From Candidatus Saccharimonadia bacterium (GTDB lineage Bacteria > Patescibacteriota > Saccharimonadia > UBA4664): 64,000 bases of DNA. The notes under the pieces are model-generated. The model was not told where the DNA came from, ran no database searches, and saw only the letters and a list, made by a program, of their open reading frames with translations. The position numbers and the translations under genes were made by a program. Shown in pieces: positions 39,110-48,824 of the stretch; position 1 is the stretch's first letter; each line of letters begins with the position of its first letter. The stretch lies in contig DATKIP010000093.1 of the NCBI GenBank assembly GCA_035544015.1, positions 345,454 through 409,453 on the forward strand, written 5' to 3'.

Positions 39110-40288
39110 GTGGTTTTGAAAAAAGTCCAACTCAACCCGCTCATTTTAGCGGCCATCATTATCGCGGTGGCCGGCAGCTCATTTTACGCCGGCGATGCTT
39201 CCGGCAGCCTAGTTTCGCTACCATTTCTCAAACCCGTTCACAAAGCCGATTTCTCCAGTCTCAACGACATTTATGCCCTTATGCAGCGCAATTTTGACGG
39301 TCAAATCGACAATCAAAAAGCCGTCGACGGCGCCAAAGCCGGTCTGGTGGCGGCCGGCGGCGACCCCTATACCGTCTTCCTCGACGCCAAATCCGCCAAA
39401 GAATTATCCGACGACCTCACCGGCAAACTCTCGGGCATCGGCGCCGAAATCGGCATCAAGAACAACATCCTCACCATCATCGCTCCCATCGCCGACACCC
39501 CCGCCGCCGCTGCCGGACTCAAGAGCGGCGACCTCATCGCCAAAATCAACAACGAAGATACCTCGGGCATGACCGTCGACACCGCCGTTTCCAAGATCCG
39601 CGGCGACGCCGGCACGAAAGTGACGCTCAAAATCGTCCGCACCGGCACTCCCCAGGCGTTTGACGTCACCATCACGCGCGCCAACATCACCGTGCCAAGC
39701 GTGAAATCCAGCCTCAAAAACGGCAATGTCGCCTACATCAACATCACCCGCTTCAGCCCCGACACCGCCGACCTCGTCGACAAGGCCGCCACCGACCTCA
39801 AGGCCCAAGGCGCCACTCGCGTCGTCCTCGACCTGCGCAACGACCCGGGCGGCTATCTCGACGCCGGCGTATCGGTCGCCAGCCAATTCCTCGATACCGG
39901 CAAAACCGTCGTCTCCGAACGCACCGGCGGCAAAACCACCAACACGCTCACGGCCTCGAGCGGCGGCAAGTTCAAGGGCCTGCCCACCATCGTGCTCATC
40001 AACGCCGGCTCCGCCAGTGCCTCCGAGATCGTCGCCGGCGCCCTCCACGACAACAAAGCCGCTCAACTCGTGGGCGAAAAGAGCTTCGGCAAAGGCAGCG
40101 TGCAAGAAATCAAAGACCTGCCCGACGGCGCCCAGCTCAAAGTCACCGTGGCGCACTGGTACACTCCCGCCGGCGTCAACATCAACAAAGAGGGGATTAA
40201 GCCCGACGTCGAGGCCGCCCTCACCCCCGACGACTTCAACGCCGGCCGCGACCCTCAGCTCGACAAAGCCCTCGAATTACTGAAATAA
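39110..40288 (+). CDS. S41 C-terminal processing peptidase (CtpA-like)
   Basis: DPYT, PDZ (GIGAEI), DLRNDPGG, SASASEI, FGKGSVQ. Confidence 0.94.
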   Translation: MVLKKVQLNPLILAAIIIAVAGSSFYAGDASGSLVSLPFLKPVHKADFSSLNDIYALMQRNFDGQIDNQKAVDGAKAGLVAAGGDPYTVFLDAKSAKELSDDLTGKLSGIGAEIGIKNNILTIIAPIADTPAAAAGLKSGDLIAKINNEDTSGMTVDTAVSKIRGDAGTKVTLKIVRTGTPQAFDVTITRANITVPSVKSSLKNGNVAYINITRFSPDTADLVDKAATDLKAQGATRVVLDLRNDPGGYLDAGVSVASQFLDTGKTVVSERTGGKTTNTLTASSGGKFKGLPTIVLINAGSASASEIVAGALHDNKAAQLVGEKSFGKGSVQEIKDLPDGAQLKVTVAHWYTPAGVNINKEGIKPDVEAALTPDDFNAGRDPQLDKALELLK

Positions 40289-40304
40289 CCGGAGGCGCCC
40301 GCCC

Positions 40305-40976
40305 GTGACTGCCAGTCGCATCGCCGTTCTCGATTTTGACAGCACCCTGTTTGACGTAAACAGCTTCGTAACAGCCCTCTCGCAAGCCGTAGAAGCCGAG
40401 TTTGGCATCGATGCCCAGGCGTTCGCCGCTCAAATCAACCAACATTACGTTCGTGACGAAACCGGCGAAGGCATCGGCTACGACGTGCAGGCACATCTGC
40501 GCCAACACGGTCACGACCCAGCCGACCAAACCGTCCAGGACCGCCTCGTTCACCGCATACTCGCGATCCACCACCTCCGGACCGGCGAACCCGACTTGAT
40601 GTTCCCCGACGCCCGGAGGTTCGTGCAGCGCCTCATAGCCGACCCCCACACCAAGACGGCCATCCTTACGGTCAACCTCGAGTTTGGCTTTTGGTTCAAG
40701 CAGCGCCTCTGCAGCCCGCAGCTAGACGCCATCTCCGCCCGCGTTATCGCCACCAATAAGGGCCTGATGCTTGCCGGCGAATGGGCAACCGCGATCACCT
40801 ACGATCACCATCCCTACGACACCGCTCTCGTCGTCGACGACTCTCCGGCCCAGATAGAAGCCGTGCCGTCCCGACCCAGCATTCGCCGCGTCCAGATCGT
40901 GCGCCCCGGTCACCGTTATCCCCAAACCACCGATCCCTCGATCGAAATCGTCCGCACCCTCGACGATGTCCAATAG
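40305..40976 (+). CDS. HAD-superfamily hydrolase-like protein
   Basis: LDFDSTLFD motif I, VVDD motif IV. Confidence 0.75.
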   Translation: MTASRIAVLDFDSTLFDVNSFVTALSQAVEAEFGIDAQAFAAQINQHYVRDETGEGIGYDVQAHLRQHGHDPADQTVQDRLVHRILAIHHLRTGEPDLMFPDARRFVQRLIADPHTKTAILTVNLEFGFWFKQRLCSPQLDAISARVIATNKGLMLAGEWATAITYDHHPYDTALVVDDSPAQIEAVPSRPSIRRVQIVRPGHRYPQTTDPSIEIVRTLDDVQ

Positions 40977-41086
40977 CCATCTACCAACCAGAGCATAAAA
41001 ATTTTGCTTGCCCTCGCCCGCAGTCTCAGGTATTATCTGAACCAATTGGTGTTACCGATGAAACGAGTGTGTTGGAAAGGAGACGT

Positions 41087-42736
41087 GTGGCGAAAGGAAG
41101 CCAGACAAAATTTATTTTTGTAACAGGGGGAGTACTTTCCGGACTCGGAAAGGGCATTACCGCAGCTTCGATCGGCACCATCCTCAAAGCTCGCGGTTTT
41201 TCTGTTAATATCCAAAAATGTGACCCTTACCTCAATACCGATGCCGGCACCATGAACCCCGCCGAGCACGGCGAGGTCTTCGTCACCAAAGACGGCGCCG
41301 AAACCGATCTCGACCTCGGCCACTACGAGCGCTTCTTGGATGAAGAACTCGGCCGCTCCAGCTCGCTCATGAATGGCCGCATCTACGCCAACGTCCTCGC
41401 CGACGAGCGCGCCGGCAAATACCTCGGCAAAACCGTCCAAATCATCCCGCATGTCACCGGCGAAATCGTCAAGCGCATCCTCGAAGCGGGGGAGGGCTTC
41501 GACTTCCACATCGTCGAGATCGGCGGCACCGTTGGCGATATCGAATCGCTGGCATTTCTCGAAGGCATCCGCCAACTCCGCCGCAAAGTCGGCCACCAAA
41601 ACACGCTGTATGTGCACGTAGTCTACCTGCCGTATCTCGAAGCCTCGCACGAAATCAAAACCAAGCCGGCCCAAAATACCGTCCGCGATCTGCGCGAAGC
41701 CGGCATCCAGCCGGATGTCATCGTGGCCCGCGCCGAAAAACCCGTCAGCCAAAATGTACTCCACAAGCTTAGCCTCTTCTGCGACGTCGATGAAGCCGGC
41801 ATTGTGCCTATGCAGACGGTAAAAACCGTCTACGAAGTACCGCTATTGCTCGAGCAAGCCGGCATCGGCAATTACATCACTACTCAGCTCGGCCTGAGCA
41901 ACCGCCGTGTCAAACTCGCCGACTGGCAGCGCCTCGTCGACCTCATCAAGCACCCCGACCACCGCAAGCTCAAAATCGGCGTCGTGGCCAAGTACATGGA
42001 AAACGAAGATACCTACCTCTGCGTCTTCGAGGCCATCAAAGCCGCCGGTTGGGCCAACCGCATCCAGCCCGAAATCTGCTGGATCGACTCCGAACAAATT
42101 GTCGACAATTCATCATTGCTGGAGGGCTACGACGGTCTGGTCGTTCCCGGCGGGTTTGGTAGCCGCGGCGTGGAAGGCAAAATTGCCGCCGCCAATTATG
42201 CCATCGAGCACAACATCCCGTACCTGGGTCTCTGCTACGGCCTCCACATGGCCGTCATCGCCCTGGCCCGACGCGCCGGCCTCACCGGCGCCAACACCAC
42301 TGAAGTCGACGCCCAGACACCCCACCCCGTTATCGACATCATGGCCGACCAAAAAGACATCACCAACAAGGGCGGCACCATGCGGCTGGGCAATTACCCC
42401 TGCGTCATCACCAAGGGCACCAAAACCGCCGCTGCTTACAACCAAAAAGAAGTTCTGGAGCGCCATCGTCACCGCTACGAGGTCAACAATGATTACCGCG
42501 AACAGCTCACCGCGGCCGGCCTGGTGATCGCCGGCCTGTCGCCCGATAAACGCCTCGTCGAGATTATCGAGATCGCCCAACATCCCTACTTCGTCGCCAG
42601 CCAATTCCATCCCGAATTCAAGTCGCGTCCCAACCGCCCGCACCCGCTCTTCGACGGCTTCATCAAAGCCGCCGGTCGCCAGCATGAGCAGCATGGTACT
42701 CATGCCGAGGCAAAACGTAGTATAGTTGAGTTATGA
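41087..42736 (+). CDS. pyrG: CTP synthase
   Basis: FVTGGVLSGLGKG, HGEVFVT, GLCYG, ERHRHRYE, QFHPE. Confidence 0.97.
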   Translation: MAKGSQTKFIFVTGGVLSGLGKGITAASIGTILKARGFSVNIQKCDPYLNTDAGTMNPAEHGEVFVTKDGAETDLDLGHYERFLDEELGRSSSLMNGRIYANVLADERAGKYLGKTVQIIPHVTGEIVKRILEAGEGFDFHIVEIGGTVGDIESLAFLEGIRQLRRKVGHQNTLYVHVVYLPYLEASHEIKTKPAQNTVRDLREAGIQPDVIVARAEKPVSQNVLHKLSLFCDVDEAGIVPMQTVKTVYEVPLLLEQAGIGNYITTQLGLSNRRVKLADWQRLVDLIKHPDHRKLKIGVVAKYMENEDTYLCVFEAIKAAGWANRIQPEICWIDSEQIVDNSSLLEGYDGLVVPGGFGSRGVEGKIAAANYAIEHNIPYLGLCYGLHMAVIALARRAGLTGANTTEVDAQTPHPVIDIMADQKDITNKGGTMRLGNYPCVITKGTKTAAAYNQKEVLERHRHRYEVNNDYREQLTAAGLVIAGLSPDKRLVEIIEIAQHPYFVASQFHPEFKSRPNRPHPLFDGFIKAAGRQHEQHGTHAEAKRSIVEL

Positions 42737-43125
42737 AAGAGAGCAAGAAGCCGCGCATTCTCCTCGTCGAAGACGATCTTGCTCTCGCCACGGCCTATCA
42801 GGTCCGCATGGAAGCCGAAGGCTTTGACGTTCATCACTGCCCCGATGGTGAAGCCGCCATGCAAGAAGCATTGGAATACCACCCCGATCTCATCTTGCTC
42901 GACATCATGATGCCCAAGATCTCCGGTTTCGATGTCCTTGACATCATCCGCAACACCAGGGAAACCGCCCACACCAAAATCATCATCCTCACGGCTCTAT
43001 CGCAGCCTTCCGATCGCCAACGCGCCAAAGATCTGGGTGCCGATGAATTCCTCGTGAAGTCCCAAGCCGTCATCGCTGACGTCATGAAACGCATCCGATT
43101 TCATCTCGGCATCAAAGAAACCTAA
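42733..43125 (+). CDS. Single-domain response regulator
   Basis: ILLVEDD, LDIMMPKISGFDVL; paralogue of 2889-3263. Confidence 0.93.
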   Translation: MKESKKPRILLVEDDLALATAYQVRMEAEGFDVHHCPDGEAAMQEALEYHPDLILLDIMMPKISGFDVLDIIRNTRETAHTKIIILTALSQPSDRQRAKDLGADEFLVKSQAVIADVMKRIRFHLGIKET

Positions 43126-43135
43126 AAACTACGAG

Positions 43136-43708
43136 CTAGAAGCCAACCGAGCCGCGCAGTTTAGCCACAAACCGCTTTATTTGCGGGTCCATGGTATCGG
43201 CGTCCGCTCCCAAAACTTCCTCAAAGCTCCGCCATGCCCAGCCGCGAAACTCGCGGGGATCCGGCATCATCGGCATATCTTCCGATCCATCCACAACATA
43301 CCACAAGCTAACATCTACATGCCCGTGAGCACCGCGGGTCTGATTAGCCGTCACAAACAACGGCACCGACGCGATCACCGCCGCTTTGGCCGCCGCCAAA
43401 CCCAGCTCCTCGATCAGCTCGCGCGCCGCGGTAGCCGCCGGGTCTTCACCGCGCTCAACATGCCCACCCGCCGGCAACCATAGGCCCGACTTGCGATGGT
43501 CAAACAGCAGCACCGTTTGCCGCCGCCGATCCACCAACACCACATAAGCCACCAGATGAGGGCTCGGCTCATCGGGCTGATCGCCACGATACAGCTCAGC
43601 ATCCGACCGAATCCACGCCCGCACCTCGGTCAACACCCGCTTCTCATCATCGTCATAAGGCACGATACTACGCAGCAATTCTAAAAGCTTAGTTCGGCTT
43701 TTGTTCAT
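43136..43708 (-). CDS. NUDIX hydrolase
   Basis: GGHVERGED...AARELIEELG Nudix box. Confidence 0.9.
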   Translation of the reverse strand: MNKSRTKLLELLRSIVPYDDDEKRVLTEVRAWIRSDAELYRGDQPDEPSPHLVAYVVLVDRRRQTVLLFDHRKSGLWLPAGGHVERGEDPAATAARELIEELGLAAAKAAVIASVPLFVTANQTRGAHGHVDVSLWYVVDGSEDMPMMPDPREFRGWAWRSFEEVLGADADTMDPQIKRFVAKLRGSVGF

Positions 43709-43791
43709 ATTTCAATAATACCCGACCCAGTCCACCTATGGCAAGCAAAAACCGCCCGAAGGCGGATTTTCTCAATCAAAATTGCGAGCGA

Positions 43792-44073
43792 CTAATTGTC
43801 CGAAACGACCGAAACAATCGTGCGGCGGACCTTGGTACCGGTGAATTTCTGCACTTTCTTCACCGAAAACTTCACAATGCCATCGGTGAGTGCAAACAAC
43901 GTGTGGTCATTACCCACGCCCACACCCACGCCGGCCTCCATGCGAGTACCACGCTGGCGCACCAGCACCCCGCCGGAGCGCACAAACTGATCACCAAAGA
44001 GCTTTACGCCGAGACGCTTAGCCTGACTATCGCGGCCAGTCTTGACTGAACCACCAGCTTTTGTATGTGACAT
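43792..44073 (-). CDS. rpmA: 50S ribosomal protein L27
   Basis: [33 protein letters not shown]. Confidence 0.97.
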   Translation of the reverse strand: MSHTKAGGSVKTGRDSQAKRLGVKLFGDQFVRSGGVLVRQRGTRMEAGVGVGVGNDHTLFALTDGIVKFSVKKVQKFTGTKVRRTIVSVVSDN

Positions 44074-45207
44074 TTAGTTCTTCCTCAGTAACAATAATTG
44101 CCGTCCGACCACTTGATCGTCCCGCGCGTAGAGCAGGGGAGTGCGGACATGCTCAAAACCCTTCAGAGTGTAGCCTAAATCAGGTAATTCGTCAACCAAT
44201 CCCAGATACTGCCAGCGACGGCCATCCCGCCACGCCGGCGCACACAGGCTCACCTCAGCTCCCGCCGGCAATTGCGCCGCAAAATTGCGCAAACTCATGC
44301 GGTACAATTCCCGCAGTTCAGCCCGCATCCGGTCGAGCTCCGCCGGCCCTGGCAGCCGCATCAGGTTGGGCCCCAGGTAGCCCTCGCTCACCACGGCACA
44401 CCCGGGCGGCAGCCGCACCAAGCGGGCGTCAGCCTCGGCCGCACTCCAAGCCGGCAGGGGAGTCGACACCTGCTCGGCCAGCCAAGCAAGATTCGCGCTG
44501 GTCGCCGTCACCATCTCCGCCGCCAGATCCGAACCCGCCACCACCCGCCCCGCCAGCAGCGCCTCCTGCAGCACCACTCCCGTACCGCAAAACGGATCGC
44601 ACACCACCTCGGCTCGCACCGTATTCACGAGCACCTGCGCCAATTTCGGCGGCAGCATGCCTACGGTAGCACTCCGGGCCGGCCGGCCGTAGTCGCGCTT
44701 GGAGTACCAGTCGATATCCTGCACCCCCACCGTACGCGCCACGATCATTTCATGCTCGGCCACCACCACGAGCAGCTCAAAACCATCCTCGATCACGCGG
44801 TTGTGGCGCAACTCCGCCGCCGATACCGCCAGCCCCTTCGCCGGCTGCACCAACCGCACCGATCCGCGCTCACGCAGCCGCTTCTTCAATTCCAGCCCCG
44901 CCGCCGTCAGCGACCGTGCCGTCTCGCGCCCACCGTAGCAGCTGATGGCAAACGGCGTCTTCGTGGCGCGCATCGGCAGCGCCTCGAAATCCACCGGCAA
45001 CTCCCGCAACGGCTTCACCGCACCCCGGTACAATACCTCGCCCAGCTTCAACACCCCACCCAGCTGGTCCACGGGCACCATTTCACCCACCAAGGCAACC
45101 TGCCGTCCAAACGGTCGCACCCCCTGCGCACCCAACACAGATTCTAGCTCCACCAAGCCAAGTTCCGGCTGACGACCCAAAATTGCCACGAAATTAAGTA
45201 ATGACAT
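44074..45207 (-). CDS. TRM11-like SAM-dependent RNA methyltransferase
   Basis: RDYGRP, GMLPPKLA, DPFCGTG, EGYLGP. Confidence 0.85.
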   Translation of the reverse strand: MSLLNFVAILGRQPELGLVELESVLGAQGVRPFGRQVALVGEMVPVDQLGGVLKLGEVLYRGAVKPLRELPVDFEALPMRATKTPFAISCYGGRETARSLTAAGLELKKRLRERGSVRLVQPAKGLAVSAAELRHNRVIEDGFELLVVVAEHEMIVARTVGVQDIDWYSKRDYGRPARSATVGMLPPKLAQVLVNTVRAEVVCDPFCGTGVVLQEALLAGRVVAGSDLAAEMVTATSANLAWLAEQVSTPLPAWSAAEADARLVRLPPGCAVVSEGYLGPNLMRLPGPAELDRMRAELRELYRMSLRNFAAQLPAGAEVSLCAPAWRDGRRWQYLGLVDELPDLGYTLKGFEHVRTPLLYARDDQVVGRQLLLLRKN

Positions 45208-45398
45208 AATTGTATAATTATAGCAATTTGACTAACAACACGCAAATATCCCATAATAGAGCCATGAGATGCGCAGCCACCATCCGGGCGGTCCCCATCG
45301 GACCCTTCGCGGTCACCGCGCCTCTTAGCACGACCTGAGCCACCCCACGCGGGCGGCTCTTTTGCTCGTTGACATGCCCCCAACCCGAGGGAGAACTC

Positions 45399-45881
45399 GT
45401 GGCAATTGTAGCAAACTACCGCCATCCACCCACCCACCGGCCCACCGGCCGACCACCACGGTGCACCCTCGGAAGCGGCCGATCTCGCTCCAGCCGGCAC
45501 CACGGCGCCAGCGGCACCTACAGGCGCGGGCCCCGGAACCCCAGCGAGCGCATGGTAGACCGATGGCTCAGCGAGGCAGACATCGAGCCCCAGTACGAGC
45601 CCCACGAGCTCGAGACGGGGCTCACCGGCCGCGGGATGAGCATCCTCCGGCCCGATTTCTACCTGCCCGATCAGGGCATCTACATCGAGGTCACCCTCGC
45701 GCGCCGCTGCCTGCACCTCAAGCAGGCCAAGGTGCGCGCAGCAGCCAGCCTCAACCAGGTAGCAATCCTGCTCATCACCCGCGATGAGCTCGAGGCCCTG
45801 CACTCCCGCCACTACAGCATCCGCGATTTCATCAAGGATGGGATCGCCGACCACGCCATGGAGCTCAAGCTAGCCGCCTAG
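45399..45881 (+). CDS. PD-(D/E)XK nuclease-like protein
   Basis: GAGGGAG SD; SE...YEP...PDFYLPD.GIYIEVT...K..K. Confidence 0.72.
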   Translation: MAIVANYRHPPTHRPTGRPPRCTLGSGRSRSSRHHGASGTYRRGPRNPSERMVDRWLSEADIEPQYEPHELETGLTGRGMSILRPDFYLPDQGIYIEVTLARRCLHLKQAKVRAAASLNQVAILLITRDELEALHSRHYSIRDFIKDGIADHAMELKLAA

Positions 45882-46001
45882 CACCACCAAGGGGGAACAC
45901 GATGCACACTGCGACGCCGTCCCGCCACACGGTCGGAGCCAACGCCGTCTAAGGGGGTGATCAGAGTCTCCCGCTGCCCCGGGTAATGGGCAGTCCGCCG
46001 C

Positions 46002-46034
46002 CGGGCCCTCGTCTCACGCCGAGACGAGGGCCCG
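46002..46034. repeat. 14-bp hairpin containing CGTCTC/GAGACG
   Basis: CGGGCCCTCGTCTC-acgcc-GAGACGAGGGCCCG. Confidence 0.7.
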
Positions 46035-46067
46035 CGCGCCAACCCATCCGTACGCTATAATCCAATC

Positions 46068-47249
46068 ATGACCCCCCAAACCATCACCGTCAGCGAATTC
46101 CTCGCCATCATCAACGAAACCCTGAATTTTGCCTACCCCGAGGTAATAATCGAAGGCGAGGTATCGAGCTTTAAGGTCAACCAGGGCAAATTCATCTTTT
46201 TCGACCTCAAAGACGACACCAACACCCTCGGCTGCTTCATGATGATTCACCAGCTCAAGCTGCCCATCGAAGATGGCATGAAGATTCGCGTCACCGGCTC
46301 GCCCAAAGTTACCAAATATTCCAAATTTAGCCTGACTGTCCGCGAAATCGAACTAGCCGGAGAAGGGGAGCTGCGCCGGGCCATGCAGCTGCTCAAGAAA
46401 AAACTCGAGACCGAAGGCCTGTTCGACCCCAGCCGCAAACGACCCATTCCCAAATTCCCCGTGCGCCTGGGGCTCATTACCTCCGGCGCCTCCGCCGCCT
46501 ACGCCGACTTCATCAAAATTCTGGGCTCCCGATGGGGTGGGGTAGAGGTATTGCTGGCCGATGTCAGCGTTCAGGGCGTAGCGGCTCCCGACCAAATTTT
46601 GGGCGCACTCGATTACTTCAACCACCTCAGCCCGCCCGCCGACGTACTGGTACTCATTCGCGGCGGCGGTTCGCTCGAAGACCTCATGGCCTTCTCGACC
46701 GAACCCGTCGCCCGCGCCGTGGCCGCCAGCCGCACCCCCACGGTCGTCGGCGTCGGCCACGAAGTCGACTTCTCGCTCGCCGACTACGCCGCCGACCTAC
46801 GCGCCGCCACGCCCACCGACGCCGCGCGCCTTGTGGTGCCCGACCGCACCGAAATCACCGCCCACATTACGCACTTGGCCGGCCGCCAAAGCGCCGCCGT
46901 GAGTGCGCTCATCGCCGGCTACCACCGCCGCACCGACGGCGCGCTCGGCCGGCTCGAAGCCGCCTTGCGCTACCCGCGCGAACATTTGGCCGCGCTACGC
47001 CAGGCCCTCGAGCGAGGCCTCGAGCACGTGCTCACCGAGCGCCACACGCGCGTCACGAGCCTCACCCGCCTCCTGCAAAGTCTCGACCCCAAAGCCGTGC
47101 TGGGCCGCGGCTACGCCATCGTGCGCAGCCCACAGCGCATCGTGCGCCGCGCCGCCGACGCCGGGCCCGGCACTCCGCTCATGATACAATTGGCCGAGGA
47201 AACTATCGCCGCGGAGGTAACGCAAGCCAGTGACAACCAAACCATTTGA
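46068..47249 (+). CDS. xseA: Exodeoxyribonuclease VII large subunit
   Basis: EGEVS, EGLFD..RKRP, RGGGSLEDL, GVGHEVD, TPTDAA. Confidence 0.96.
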   Translation: MTPQTITVSEFLAIINETLNFAYPEVIIEGEVSSFKVNQGKFIFFDLKDDTNTLGCFMMIHQLKLPIEDGMKIRVTGSPKVTKYSKFSLTVREIELAGEGELRRAMQLLKKKLETEGLFDPSRKRPIPKFPVRLGLITSGASAAYADFIKILGSRWGGVEVLLADVSVQGVAAPDQILGALDYFNHLSPPADVLVLIRGGGSLEDLMAFSTEPVARAVAASRTPTVVGVGHEVDFSLADYAADLRAATPTDAARLVVPDRTEITAHITHLAGRQSAAVSALIAGYHRRTDGALGRLEAALRYPREHLAALRQALERGLEHVLTERHTRVTSLTRLLQSLDPKAVLGRGYAIVRSPQRIVRRAADAGPGTPLMIQLAEETIAAEVTQASDNQTI

Positions 47250-47523
47250 ATTCGAAAAATCCCTCGGTGAGCTCGAGGAAATCACCGCCTGGTTCGAATC
47301 GAGCGACGTCGACCTCGATGCCGGCCTCGCCAAATTCGAGCGCGGCATGGAGCTCGCCGGCGAGCTCAAAACCCACCTCACCACCATCGAGAACCGGGTC
47401 GAAAAAATCCGCCAGCGCTTTAGCGCTCCCGCGGCCGGCCCCGCCGCCACACCCACCGACACCACTACGGCACCCGAACCCGCCGACGACCAAGGTGACC
47501 AAACCGGCCTCTTCGGGGCCTAG
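47230..47523 (+). CDS. xseB: Exodeoxyribonuclease VII small subunit
   Basis: FEKSLGELEEI...FERGM; follows xseA. Confidence 0.93.
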   Translation: MTTKPFEFEKSLGELEEITAWFESSDVDLDAGLAKFERGMELAGELKTHLTTIENRVEKIRQRFSAPAAGPAATPTDTTTAPEPADDQGDQTGLFGA

Positions 47524-47537
47524 AGCTACCGGCAGCC

Positions 47538-48047
47538 GTGGAAGCCATCGCTCTCATAGCCCTCGCCATCGTTTTGCCCTTTGGCATTGGTGCCGTACTG
47601 GGTGCGCCCTACGTCCCCATTTTGCACCGCGATAGCCGGCGACTACTCGAGATCGCCAACCTCAAGCCCGGCCAAACCCTCATCGATCTGGGCTCCGGCG
47701 ACGGCCGCCTTTTGCGCGCCGCCGCCGCGCGGGGCATTCGCTGCATCGGCTACGAGATCAATCCGTACCTGGTGCTCATCTCGCGCCTCGTGTGTTGGCG
47801 TTATCGAAAGCTTGTCACCATCCACACCGCCGACATCTGGCACGTCAAACTCCCGCCCGCCGACGTCATCTACATCTTCATCCTCGACAAGTACATGGCC
47901 CGGCTCCATGAAAAATTCCGCACCGAAATCACCGCACCCACCAGGGTCATCTCATACGTCTTTCAACTCCCCGGACAAACCCCCATCCACGAGACGCACA
48001 ACACCTACGTCTATCAGTACGGCGCGCCCGTCGCCACCTTGAAATAA
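47538..48047 (+). CDS. Class I SAM-dependent methyltransferase with N-terminal TM
   Basis: GAPYVP, DLGSGDGR, GYEINP. Confidence 0.88.
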   Translation: MEAIALIALAIVLPFGIGAVLGAPYVPILHRDSRRLLEIANLKPGQTLIDLGSGDGRLLRAAAARGIRCIGYEINPYLVLISRLVCWRYRKLVTIHTADIWHVKLPPADVIYIFILDKYMARLHEKFRTEITAPTRVISYVFQLPGQTPIHETHNTYVYQYGAPVATLK

Positions 48048-48078
48048 CCCACCTATCGCTGTAGCATAAGCATTAATT

Positions 48079-48780
48079 ATGGATACTCAGACACTCATGC
48101 CCGACAGTTCCGGGCCCTTCAACACTGCCCCCGGCAGGGGAGGCAGTGGACGCCCGGCGGGCATTCTCATTATTCTGGTTCTGTTGCTCGGCCTCGGCAC
48201 CGTCGGGTTCGGAGTACTCACGCTCACATTCTCGAGCAAAGCCGCCACCGCTACCAAAACCCTCGAGGCGCAAAAAGCCGCGGCCGCAGCCAAAGCCCGT
48301 GATGAGCAGAAAAAAACCGACCAGGCCGATTTCACCAAACAAAACGAATCACCCTTTCGCTCGTACACCGCCCCCGAACCCTTTGGCGCCTTTGTAATCA
48401 ACTTCCCCAAAACCTGGACCAGCACCGTCGACGAAGAAAACACCGGCACCCAAGTAAAGCTCATCGTAAACCCCGACTTCGTTCGGCGCAAAAACGGTCA
48501 AGACGACAAAATCGCCGCCAAAGTAATATTTCTCGACCAGCCCAAAGATAAGTACCTGGCCCAGTACGCCAGCCTCTTCAAGAAAGGCACTCTCAAACAA
48601 AGTAGTACGGAGGTCTCCGGCCAGCCCGCTATCAACATCGTCGGCCAATTCGGCGATCTCAAAACCGTTCGCTTAGTCGTAGTACCCATTCGCGACAAAG
48701 TCTTACTCTTTAGCACCGAAAACGATCAATTGAGCACCGAATTTAATCAAATTATCAGCCAAGCCAAGATCAATCCCTAG
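48079..48780 (+). CDS. Membrane-anchored hypothetical protein (possibly PsbP-like C-domain)
   Basis: Single TM, coiled segment, F..PKTW motif. Confidence 0.7.
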   Translation: MDTQTLMPDSSGPFNTAPGRGGSGRPAGILIILVLLLGLGTVGFGVLTLTFSSKAATATKTLEAQKAAAAAKARDEQKKTDQADFTKQNESPFRSYTAPEPFGAFVINFPKTWTSTVDEENTGTQVKLIVNPDFVRRKNGQDDKIAAKVIFLDQPKDKYLAQYASLFKKGTLKQSSTEVSGQPAINIVGQFGDLKTVRLVVVPIRDKVLLFSTENDQLSTEFNQIISQAKINP

Positions 48781-48824
48781 CGCCCGGCACCATCCGTCTC
48801 ATGCTTGAGTGATACAAGAACAAG

